A stretch of DNA of 63,942 nucleotides, filler included, from Choristocarpus tenellus KU-1152 (taxonomy: Eukaryota > Protista > Phaeophyceae), in the NCBI GenBank assembly GCA_964200185.2. It is 11 parts of 11 records of this genome, joined end to end, with 100 filler letters (N's around TTAATTAATTAA, not from the genome) between each part and the next. Parts side by side here need not be neighbours in the genome. Positions count along the whole stretch, not along the records: positions 36,409 to 39,761 come from CAXNAD020020604.1; positions 39,862 to 45,890 come from CAXNAD020009128.1; positions 45,991 to 50,146 come from CAXNAD020015937.1; 8 more parts are not named here. One strand, 5' to 3'. This document shows positions 36,684-48,194 of this stretch, piece after piece (within the stretch, counting starts at the first letter, position 1; each line of letters opens with the position of its first letter). The notes under the pieces are model-generated. The model did not search any database. It was given only the letters and a program-made list of their open reading frames with translations, and had not been told where the DNA came from. The position numbers and the translations under genes are program-made.

Positions 36684-39600
36684 TTGTGTGTGTATATATA
36701 TACTCAATATTTCTCAGTGTTTGATATTTTTCCTGCTTCCCAGAGTTAGGGTTAGGATTGGGCTAGCCAGTCGTTTGCATGGCCTAGGGGTTCTGTGGTT
36801 GTGATAAGAGTGGCAATCGTTTGAAAGGTGTAAGGTAAGGGTTTTGTAAGATTGTGGAGGCGTTAAGAGAGCAGTCGTGCTTGCTTGCATTCCTTGTGTA
36901 TTAGTAATGTAAAGATAGGGTGACTAGGGTTAGGGTTAGGTTTTCATTTTTTTCAAGATGGACATAGAACATACTGAGGTGTACATCTAAGTGGCTGTTT
37001 CGTCTACTATTTTAGATTACTACCAGTGGTACAGTGCGAGTTTTTGTTGACTTGAAGAAAGCTCACATCGCACATTTTGTAGGAGGACCCATCAATGGGG
37101 ATTATTTTGCAGATATTCAATTTTTGATCTTTCCATTTTCTTAGTTTTGATGTGTCCCTTAAAGTTAGAAATGTTGTCCAATTAGAGATACAGAGAGAGG
37201 AGAGCATGGTGAAGACATTTGGTGTTGAATTGTCTGTATTTTATAGCGGTGATTGTGAAACTGTTGCAGGAACAAAGTGTGGACTACTTTAGCATTCTAA
37301 TGCTAGCTCCAAGTATATGTAATGTTGCAAGTGGGAACTAGTGAGTTTTGAAATGACAGTGAGAATGGCAGTGACCTGGTGGGGAAGGATCTTCTTTCTC
37401 AGTTATGAAGACTGGTGGAGTAGTATTGCTATGGATTGGCTCCCAGATTAAATCAATATATGGTTGTTGGCCATTGTTCTGTGCATTGACACCCAGACAC
37501 ACTTCTCACTTCCACATATGCAGAACATCATGCAGTAGCATTCGAACAGATTAGGGTTAGGGTTCATTGAAGGTAGTGGTAATGGGATTAACTACTGAAT
37601 ACTTCCTCCTCCCTGGTCTGCTTAAATTTTAAACACCAATAATACAATACCAATTGCTCCATTCAATTTATTTCTCACTGATTGACAGGGGAGAGGGATG
37701 GAAAGATCGTTCTTGTTGTAGTAGACACTTGATCAATTATCCAAGTAGACGTGGAGATATAGCATGACCAGAAACTTGAATTATTCTTAACCAACCGATT
37801 TACTGTGGGTATTCATACTGAAGGTGTATCAGACACACTGCGGAGGCAAGTATATGAGTAGAGAGAGAGCTGTGGTGCTACTGTGTCCAGAATGTGTAAC
37901 CAGCGCAGAAGGATGATGTGGTCCTTACAGCAGCAGAAGAACGAGATTTGCTGAGGAGACTTGGGACTTCAGCTAACAGTTGTGTTTGAGGAAGTGTGTC
38001 TGTGGGAGAGGTGATGGAGATGGTGGGGGCATCCGCTCTATTTATATGCTTTGACGAGCAAGTGGTAGAAGAGAAAGGGAGTGTGTATGACACAGCCAGA
38101 TACAAATATCCAGCGCCTTACATCTAGTAATAGACAATTTCAAATGATTGATTATTGTTGAATCAATATCAACACGGATAGCATCCTGTGTTGATCCTCT
38201 TGGACGTGTACCTTCTCTCCTCCTACCACAGGAGAACGGTGCTTTTGGGCACGTGACGAAAATTACATTAGTATATATATATATATCTTGTTTCAACATC
38301 ACAATCGATCCCTCTGCCATACATTCTTCGATTCTTCTTGAGCGGGCTATGGGTTCATACTTAAGGAAGACTTTGGGTATATAGAGGAATAGTGTCTCGT
38401 CTGGAAAGAGCGTAAACAAAACTAGTCTAGTTCCAGTTTTCCAAGCCTACGCCCATACCACCAGTGGCATGGCACGCCCAAGACTCGATTGAGTGTCATT
38501 AATACTAAAGTTCTATAGGAGTACATATTATTTATTACATACAAGTCAGCTGTGTCTTTGCCAATATGCAACTGACAGTAACACAACTACGTTGTACCTG
38601 TAGTTCCAACCACCAGAGACCAAAATAGGCGCAAAAGCAGTGATCAAGTTCTACCGGTACACCACATCGACATCCACTCGGGCTGCGGAAGTATCGTTTT
38701 CAAGGACAGTGCCATCATGCATCGTGACTGCTGTACACAAACTCGACAAGAAAGAGATCCTCAAAATAACACAACCTCAACTCGTGTCTATGTGCTAACC
38801 TTCAAACAGGATTGTGAGACAACGACAGCATCTTACAAGGTTCACCTTGACGCCTTTTGTGGTAGGTATAATGTTTTGCTATATTCCTACCCTCCTACCT
38901 TCGAATCCGGCAACAGAAATCAACACCAACCAAACAGCTATCTTGTCGAATTACTAAGATACAAGATACAAGAGGAACAGGATATCAACCCCACGATGCT
39001 CGTTGTTTTCCTCCTACGACAACAATACCTCACTAACGCAAAATGTGCGCAGTGAGGCGGAGACGAAGGAACCAAAACCAAGGACCAAGATAGCTGGAAG
39101 AGCAAGAGTCATCGTACAGCAGCCGTTCCGTCCCGAGAAAAACCACGTTTCGTTTGTTGCTGGTTAGATAACTCAATGACCATCGACTTCAGAAGATAAG
39201 CAAGAAAACATGGAACAAGCACAGTCTTATCAAAAGAAATTTCACCAAGGGCCGCAGACGTCTCTCATTCTAAATTGCATGCCTGTCAGCAGGTTGTGTA
39301 AGAAAGCGGGAGAAAATTAATCAGAAACGATTTTGTTGCACGAATAGCTGTGTCGTCTCCAAGCAGGTTCGCTGCAGGTAGACAAGAGTGTCCACCCACG
39401 TCTCCTTTGACATCATTGATGCATACCTAGCTCTGTACAGTGAGCAGGGGTTGAAAGGTCTGTGCTGACGCTCTTGTGTGCACAAAGGCGAAGTGACAAT
39501 AATGAGGTATGCTAAAATACTAGATTATCCCAATCCAGTACACCCATACCAAACAACATACCTGATCAGAAATAAGGAAGGTGCTCAAAACCGTCTCCTC

Positions 39601-40366
39601 CTAGTCCAAGAGACGGCGTACGTAGGGTTCACTCTTATTGATAGTCTCTCCGGTAGAGCATTTTGAGAAGTGCTTGTTCGTTGATAGTGCTGCTGATACA
39701 CTATAGACACCACTGGTGGATTGGGTTAAAGTATCTTGGGGGGGGGGGGATGCTTTGTGAGNNNNNNNNNNNNNNNNNNNNNNNNNNNNNNNNNNNNNNN
39801 NNNNNTTAATTAATTAANNNNNNNNNNNNNNNNNNNNNNNNNNNNNNNNNNNNNNNNNNNNGGAATGGGTGATTCTAGAGGCCCCCCCCCCCCAACAAGT
39901 CTTCCACTGATAGAGCATGAGGGTCTCCTGTGGGCATGGCCAGATACCTCCATTGAGGGTAAGTATCGAGAGGCAATGTGAGAGTAGCTGCAGTGGAAGT
40001 AGTACTGAGATGTGAGGTGTAGGTGTTTTTGCTGAAATTTTCCTCCCTGTACGTAATCCCCCTTAGCTAACCAGCATATGGCCTGGACCACAAATTGTTG
40101 TTAGTATCAGTAGATGGTTTGTTGAGTATGCCTAGTGTGGGGCGTCCCTCATTCAACGTTCTGTAGATTTGATCTTATACTCTAGTTCCCCTGCCAATGA
40201 ACAAAGGCGAAATCCCCTCCCCCCCCTGTGCCCGACGCCTTGTCAACCTCTTTATCTGAGTGCTTTTTTCTTTGGTTTCCACACTCTTACAGCACTCTTA
40301 CATATCTTTTCAGAAACCCTACTGATAGAAACACGCCCTTGATATCATATACTACATATGTGGAAA

Positions 40367-42205
40367 GGCCTGGCCACGGGGGCTTTGTTACAACCACCAC
40401 AGGGCGATGTGGGATTGGAGGGAGCAGGGGTAGACCGTGCTACCGCAACTCCACCTCGTGGATTCCTGGGAGTTGCACTTTTGAGGCGTTGGTTTCAGCA
40501 ACGAAAGCAGATGCAGAAGGAGAATCGGGGGTGGCGAGAACCAGAGTATGTTGAACGAGAGCTGAGGTGTGACTATGGGGAGGTAGTGCAGGCGGTGCTA
40601 GCTCAGGTGCAAGGAGCCACTGCTTTTGGCCTGGGGGGGGGGGGGGAGGACACTGTTGGGGACTGGGATGGAGTAGTCCGTAGGTCTAGGGTTGCGGTCA
40701 CGAGGACAGATGGAACTGGCTTAGAAGGTGGGTGTATGTGTAATGTGGAAGAGTGGCAGAGAAGGGGGAGGGGCTGAGGGAGATGCTGAGGACAGGGGAT
40801 GGTTTTGAAGTAGATGTAGCTGTGCTGAACAAAAGACAACTCTCCATGACTGCTCCATTCCCTCCAAGCCCCAAGTCATGCCTTCCTGCTCTATTAGATG
40901 ACGGTTGTAGGTGTCATTGGTCTTTTCTCCTCTTATTGAGCACATACTTGAGATAAGCTTCGGTTTAACTATTGTTCATTCAACCTTTTTTTTTAATCCC
41001 AAACAAAATTGCGCTGCCCTCCCCCCTCCCCCCCCCAACAGCCACAATTGAATCAAATGGACTGCCACCAGTGTGCGCATCTTTTATCTTTCCAGCAGTG
41101 ATCAAGTGGCTGCTCCTTCCCGTTCGCCCTACACCATTCCAGTTTGACAACGCCTCCACAATATATAACCCTGCAACTACGGGACCCAGGAATATGTCAT
41201 TTCAGGCACCCAGCTCAATGTTTAAGGGAGAGCGATCCCGAGGGAAGAGGGTGAGGAGGGTCACCAGCTCTCTGCTGAAAGGAATGGGATTACTGGGTGA
41301 TAAGGGGATGCCCAAGGGGTCTCAAGTCAACACCAGGAATGGTGGGAATGCTCAAGGTCAAGGGCTTGGTAAAGGGGAGGGGATTGAATACACTTTATTT
41401 GTACTTCCATCCAGCCCTGGGCACACCAAGGTCTTTGCCACGTGAGTGGGAATGAGAAGTTATTCTTGTCTGGTCAATCTTTCTACATACACGATGTGTG
41501 TGTGTGTGTGTGTGTTGTGCCTGCAGTAGACCTGGTCTGCTCATTCTGTGTGGGTTGCATATTGTCTTTGAGTTTGTGGGAAGACCTCCCACCTTGACCA
41601 CCATGCTAGAACCAACATGATACCTGCATGTGAGCATGATTCTGTATTGTATCAGAAGAAAAGATAGATTCAATATACCTGAAGATAAGTGATACTCTAC
41701 ACAACAATAATCATACAGTTTCTGTGGGCGATGTATGCAAAAAAACACTCCTTTTTTTCACATTCGATGACATATTCTTGGAGGGCAACGGGCAGGGTGT
41801 GTGTGTTTAATTGTGAAGAGGGGTTCTGAAGCAGGATGTTAGTCATTTCCCCATCACAAGAAGAAGCGTTTTTTGGAAGCCCGTGCCCTCCTGCCCTATG
41901 TGCTAATCTCCCTGTCATTTACCCAAACTATGTATTATTGCCGCCTCACCTTCAATTACCGTGTCTACTTAAGAATGAATGACAGGAATAGGTTTGAAGT
42001 CTCCCTGCCTTGGGTCAAGCAAGCCCAAAAAGTACAACTGGAACAGCTCCTAGATTCCTTGGCACAAAGTACCGCAGGGGGGTGCCCAACGCATCCAGCA
42101 CCAGGGACCCTGCCTGCATCTGTGCAGCGGTGGCTAGAGGGCAGGGCAAGGGGAGGACCAGTTTGGATTCGACCATCACCAGTTGACTCCTCCAATTCTG
42201 TATGA
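40367..42205 (+). CDS. Divergent pheophorbide a oxygenase / Tic55-like protein, C-terminal exons (5' partial)
   Basis: Phase-compatible exons ~40367-40727, 41042-41441 and 41992-42205 (stop). Segments YVERELRCDY, SFQAPS, LFVLPSSPGHTKVF and VQRWLEGRARGGPVW occur in the order seen in PAO-family proteins. The family call is by eye. Confidence 0.5.
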
Positions 42206-43651
42206 ATATGGGCACAGAGGGGTTTGGTGTAGTGCAGGCATTTGGGAGTATAGTTGAAGGATTTCAGAAATATTTGTGTGTGTTTGTGCCATCCTGTCTT
42301 CCATGTGGTGATGGACGGTCCTCATCTTGTTGCTGGTTCCATGTTGCTATGTATCGTTGTGTTAGTGCTGGATGATGTGAGGGAGTGTGGGAGTGTATAA
42401 CAAAAAAGAATCTAGCTGTGTGCAATCAAACCCTTTTTCTATCGTTCTTTTGGTTGGCTGCACATGCAGTGAATGGTATCTATTTTAGAGATGACCCATA
42501 AAGTGGAAATGTGGGCTGTCGCTATCTGCGTCATTGGAGTGAAAGTGCAGCTTGTTGAGGCTGGTGCTGCTAGGGGCGAGTTTGGGGTTTTCCTTTTTAG
42601 GTGGCGTTTGTCCTTGCCCGGTTGTTCCCTTGGCTCAACACTGGGCAGCAATGGCCTTAAAAGCAATTGTCTCTTTAGTCTTGTGAAATAGGTCAATGCT
42701 CGTAAGGTTGAAGGCTTGATTTGTTGCTCTATGAATAGGTGTGTATAGTGATTATCACAAGGTGCAATGAGGCACTCTCCTGTTTCTGTGTGAAAGAGAA
42801 AATCGGGACTACTGGTTAACGTTAGAGTGTCTTTCAACTGAAGGGTTGGTTGGGCGATTGTGAGGCTTGAGAGTTGTTTGCCAAATATTATGGCGTTTTT
42901 TGTCTTGGGTTCTGAGAGTGCTGAGAAAGTGCTTTTTTTGAGCATTTTTTTGCAAGTTTAGTGAGAGTGAAGCTTTTTTGAATCATTCAAGTCTCAGAGG
43001 GCGTTTACTGGCCAGTGGTATATTGTGTCGAGAAACTCTTATTGGGTGGTTGTAGATCCAGTTAGGTGGAGGGAGGAAGGGAGGTAGAGTTGTCTCTGTT
43101 TAGTCCCCATCCAAATTGAACTTTTCTCATTGGATGTGGTGAGGTGCTTGCATAGCCAGATTTACGTTTGTTGTGTTTGAGGTAGATGGACATATCTTTG
43201 TGGCAGTTTGCATAGCAATGACGTTTGTATCATTCATCGTAGTTGACAAAAAGCACTGCTTGCAATTTGGTAAATAGTAGTGAGAATTCCTACATCAGAG
43301 GAATTGGCTGTGCACTCCCCTATTCTGTGAGTGTTGAGCTAGAATACTGTAAGTAGGAGGATACTTGTTTTTTGTAGTTATTGCCGAAATTCTGTGTGGT
43401 GTTTCTACTAAGACATGGTATATATAGTGCATATCACGGTTTCTCTTATTATCTGTTCAACCTCGCAATGCCGGTACTGAATATTAGTGTGAAGACTACT
43501 AGAACAATTGTGTCATTACTACTCTTTCTTATCCGCTTCACTTTAGTCTGGAACTAAGATATTTATTATGTTACGCCCAACAAATTTCTCTCTCAACGCC
43601 ATCTCCAACAATGCGGTCAAGTGCTACATGTCAGGACGTTGGGTGTATCAC

Positions 43652-43723
43652 ATGAGCTGAAGATTTGTATACTTAAAAAGCCAAAGCACCTGAGATTTTT
43701 AAGTATACAAATCTTCAGCTCAT
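43652..43723. repeat. Perfect 28-bp inverted repeat with 16-nt loop
   Basis: ATGAGCTGAAGATTTGTATACTTAAAAA (43652-43679) and its exact reverse complement (43696-43723). Confidence 0.95.
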
Positions 43724-44269
43724 TTATTAAATGGTTGTTAAGGTGGACACTCTACCAGGTCTACTATATTAAGCTTCGTTCCCATACCACAAGTTTCTCT
43801 TAAGTTGCATTGACTTTCATAAACAAAACACACCAATTGCCCGTGGCATGTCCTACAAAGATGCCCTCGTAGAAACTGGGTGCGAGAATAGTATCCAGGT
43901 GACTGTGCACGGTCTCTTTTTGCCAATTTTATTTAATTTGTGTTACATTTTATATCCGGTTTTCAAACCTGATTTAGGTATCTGTGACTTTGGAACCAGG
44001 GCTGTGTCACACTCACACAACACAACTTCATTTTTTAAGCGTTATACACGACAAAGCATTGACTTCCAGACAACGGGCGTTGTGATAACAATAACAGATC
44101 AAATGAGTCCAGTTGAGGTGTGATGTGTGTGGGGCAATGACAGACGTTACACAGACCAAATGACCCTGAGCGTTTGCTGGACAATTGACGTTTGTTAAAC
44201 GGCAAATTGTGCTGGGCAACGAACGCTATGAGTTAATGTTATGAGCAAGTGATGCAGATGTTGTCGTAT

Positions 44270-44332
44270 TTTATTATTATGCCCTCTGACATTTTGCAGA
44301 TGTGTCAGGGGGAGACCAATGAAAAAAAAAAA
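44270..44332 (-). mobile_element. Extremely 5'-truncated CRE-like 3' end with (TAA)n tail
   Basis: Flanked by an 8-bp direct repeat TGTCGTAT at 44262-44269 and 44333-44340. Confidence 0.8.
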
Positions 44333-44614
44333 TGTCGTATAATTCTTCCTGTTGTATGCATCTTCCTTCTTCTGACACATTATATCACAGTATTTCGGTA
44401 AGACGGGCAAGGAAAGAGAGAAAATATATCAAAGAAAGAAACACATTTGTGGAAAGCATGTTTGTCTGTTATTATACCGTGGTACCGAGTGAGGTTCCCA
44501 GTCAAGAGTCTCTTCGCCACCCTTCCTTGCCTGAGTGAACCACGCCGCCACAGAATCACACGATGTCTTAGAGTATTCTTATGTTTAGGACATTTTATAT
44601 ACATATATATATAC

Positions 44615-44881
44615 ACACCAAAGGGGGTGGGCAAGGAGGGGTTTGTTTGATTCGTGGGATGCTTCCCTAACCCCTCACCCTGGGGTGCAGGACTAAGCTA
44701 GGTTAGAGGCACGGGAAGGGAATGGTGTAGCATAGCTGGTAGTAAAATATTGAATAGAATAATGTTTTTACATTTATGACAACTGTTACTTTATTAGCGG
44801 TTATTCTGACATGTGTATAGTTTTCATTGGTTTTTCCCCTGACACATCTCCAAAATGTCAGAGGGCATAATAATAATAATA
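44615..44881 (+). mobile_element. 5'-truncated CRE-like element (ORF end, 3' UTR, TAA tail)
   Basis: Matches the reverse complement of about 19781-20035 (CTAAGCTAGGTT, GTAGCATAGCTGGTAGT, ACATTTAYGACAACT) and ends GGGCATAATAATAATAAT. Confidence 0.85.
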
Positions 44882-44949
44882 TTTTAGAGGTTCCAAGAGT
44901 GATGACAGGGTCTACGCAAGGAACACCCTTGCTATTTAATCAATCCCTC

Positions 44950-45850
44950 TGTGAAACATACTCAGAGTATGATTCTGTGGCGGTGTGGTTCACTCAGGGA
45001 AGCGTGGTAGAGGGAATCGCCAGGCAAGACGGACCAGACGGACGAAGACGAAGAAGAACCGTAACGGAGAGGACGAGGTTAAGGTTGGACGAGTGCAAAC
45101 GGCCCATATTATCCTAGAGGAGGTGTTTGACCTGTGCGGCCCTGTAGTGATTTCATGTCATATGAATGAACGTATCAGATGTAAGAAGGGCAATTTCCTT
45201 CACCTGAACGCACCTTTCTTTTCCATCCCCCTGCTTCGACCAAATACGAAGGAAACTCACCCGCAAAACGGGCATCAAACTGGGGTATCTTACAACACCC
45301 CATCAAGGACCGGATGGACACTTACACCAAACACCCCCGCTCCTTTAAGATACTATGGGTCAAAAACTGCAGAGAATTCCAGAGTGGGGAGGATCTCATG
45401 AGAGGGGGGTCATCAGAATGTCAAGACATAACAACAAAGAGAACCTCTGATCGATGTCTGACATCTCTGATTAAAGTGATATCGACTACTCGTGGGATTG
45501 GCCTATTGAAAAGATGCCATGCCTCAACCTCACGAAAGATCCTGCACTGGAAGCCGGAATTCTTGACAGGGAACCTCAACCAGTACAATGGTTAATGGCA
45601 TACGGTAACAACAGTATGACAACAGACAACCCTGCTTTCCATATCATCTCTCCTTCTCATTGGCCTCAAACCCATGTAAAAATTATTCGAGGTCAACCAA
45701 AGAGTGACCTCTGGGGCAAAATGGGAAACAGGGGTGACTGTTTACATACTACCACGTATCATTATATTTCATGACTTCACTAGTACGAATAAAGCGTAAC
45801 ATATAAACATGACAGTAATGAACATCTGACAGGATATCGTTAGCCAAAGA
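44950..45850 (+). repeat. Second copy of the unclassified repeat, interrupted by MITE-C
   Basis: Collinear with 23218-23830 once 45101-45361 is removed. Confidence 0.75.
45101..45361 (+). mobile_element. MITE-C (related TIRs, different interior)
   Basis: GGCCCATATTATCCTAGAGGAG ... CTCCTTTAAGATACTATGGGTC. It is absent from the paralogous repeat at about 23355. Confidence 0.7.
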
Positions 45851-47980
45851 ACAGGGGATCCTCAAAATTGAGGATGGCGCGGGACTATGANNNNNNNNNN
45901 NNNNNNNNNNNNNNNNNNNNNNNNNNNNNNNNNNTTAATTAATTAANNNNNNNNNNNNNNNNNNNNNNNNNNNNNNNNNNNNNNNNNNNNCCCCTCAGAT
46001 ACTTTGAGCCCTGTCATGTTTCCAGAAATTAGGTGCACATACGTACATGCATGATACATAATATAATACATAATATAATACATAATATATGGATACAAAC
46101 ATACGTACGTATATGCATACATAATACATTTATGCATACATAAATACATAATTGGTTACTCATGTAACAATGTTGTATGCACAGGATAGCAATGATGGCC
46201 CAATTGTACTTACGAATGGACCGTGTGGACTTGGCCACAAAGCAGCTTAGGGTGATGCAGGCCTCTGATGAGGACGCAACACTCACACAGATAGTCACTG
46301 CATGGGTCAACGTTGCACAGGTGATTGTTGGGTAGCCCTGGGGGCTAGGGGTGGGGTGTGGATCGTTTTTTTTTCTTTTAGTAGTAGATATGTGCAACAG
46401 TATCATCCTGACCATTTGCATATTTTATGTATGTATATGAGTTACATGTATCTATTCTTTCAGCAAACGCCTCTAGTATTTTGCAGTGGTCATGACAGGG
46501 TTTTGGTGTAGTCGGTGATATGGTGGAAATTTGACTTTTTTTTTTCTTGGCTCTGGGTAAAAAAAAGGGCTCTACATTAGAAAACTCTTGTGTCTTCCAT
46601 AATTGCCGATTTTGATTGAACTATGCTGGGTCATCCTCGCATCATGTGTAATTTAATGTGGGTGCAGCCCGGCCCCTACCTGGAGATGCAATTTATTCTT
46701 CCCCTGGTGCGGATCTACTGGAAAATGTTGGACCTGTCTGGAGTGCGGACTGGACAAGTGTAAATATTTGGTGGACCTGGCCTGGATGTGCTAAGAAGTG
46801 TGGTAACATGTCTGACCCACGGACCAGACAGGTTCCAATACTTGGTGGACCTGATCTGGACATACTGGAAAATTGTGTAACTGGTCCGACACAGTGGATT
46901 GGTCCCTTCCCATTTGCTCAACCTGATGAATAATGCGCTGGAAAACTTTGCTGAGAAAAAGGGCAATAAAGGTTACAGCAGAGGTTGTTCAAAGGTCCTT
47001 TAGGTAGGTTCTTGTATGAAAAATTAGACCATGTATTTCCGTTTAGAGATCAGTTCCGGAAAGATGAAACTAAACCTGAGATGCCCATCTTTTTATTTTA
47101 TTTATTGGGAAAGGTCTATTTTCCCAAGAAATGGAGGCTTGGAGTTCTGCTCTGAAATCAGTTTTGTGCTGCTCTGTAGCAATCTATAGCCGCATCATTT
47201 GAGTTTTTCAAGCTCAAGAGTGTACACTGTGTAGTCTGCACTTCTGTGTATGTTGGCTATGGTTCATGGAGCATGATATTGTTGATAGGCGTTGTCCATG
47301 TCTTGTTTTTTATTTTGGGAGGGTATATGGGTGATGTTTTCCGAGACCAAGTGACATGTCCATGGATGCGTTGTCGGATTCAAATGTAGTTAGCGCAAGG
47401 TCATTTTGGGAGACATTTGGGACAGGGAAGGTCTGAAAAATGCCTCCTCTTTCAGAGTTGAGTGTCAAAACCAGATTTGTATCCTCTGGATAAGGTCCTC
47501 AGCATGGTTCAGATTCCAGTTCTCAGAGCTTGGCAAATGATTGCCCTGTACTCAATTGGAAATATTGTGTTTTGAAAAATATTTTACGCATGTTACGCGG
47601 GAGAAAATCCCCCCGTGCTTGACAGAATTCAGCAACTTAAAACACGATTTCGTATATACATTTTGTTTCTGGTTTTCAAAATGAAGAGACAAAAAAATAA
47701 TTTTGGAGTATTGGAGATTCTTGCGATTTCTTGTAAAGAGTTTGAAGGGATTTAAATAGGAGTGGAGGTGAGTTCAACCGGAAGAAAGACGTAGATATGT
47801 GCTGAGAGGACCCAGCAGTGAGATTCCTTTGATAATCCGACATCCTGTGAGAGATTCCTTAGAGAGCCTAAACATCATGTGGAGTTAGAAGTCTTCTATT
47901 TTGAAGTCATTGTTTATATGAATGATGAAGAAAAATAGTGCCGGTTTGTCAATTAGAAATGACGTGACTCAAGTTATTGT

Positions 47981-48194
47981 CATGGAGGAGTAGAGGAGAT
48001 GAAGCTCATGAATGTTGCTTGATGGAGGAGGAGAGGAGATGGAGCTCATGAATGTTGCTTGATGGAGGAGGAGAGGAGATGGAGCTCATGAATGTTGCTT
48101 GATGGAGGAGGAGAGGAAATGGAGCTCATGAATGATGCTTGATGGAGGAGGGGAGGAGTAGAGGAGATGAAGCTCACGAATATTGCTTGATGGG
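47981..48194. repeat. Minisatellite, about 5 copies of a 40-bp unit
   Basis: GATGGAGGAGGAGAGGAGATGGAGCTCATGAATGTTGCTT in tandem. Confidence 0.93.

Noticed and set aside
38042-38720. Possible minus-strand gene (125-aa ORF plus a short upstream exon)
   Set aside because: No recognisable domain, and I could not build a phase-consistent model.
44440-44550. HDV-like ribozyme on the minus strand (CGTGGT/ACCACG, ACC-TCACTC-GGT, TGGGA/TTCCA pairings)
   Set aside because: It lacks the G1-U wobble and the catalytic C-N-R-A junction before P2, and the pairings are not kept in the two long copies. An RNArobo or Infernal search would settle it.
44270-44565. SINE or short internally deleted element made of the repeat head plus the CRE-like tail
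   Set aside because: The tail segment has its own 8-bp flanking duplication (TGTCGTAT), indicating an independent truncated insertion rather than one composite element.
47981-48194. CRISPR-like array of 40-bp units
   Set aside because: A plain tandem minisatellite without spacers.
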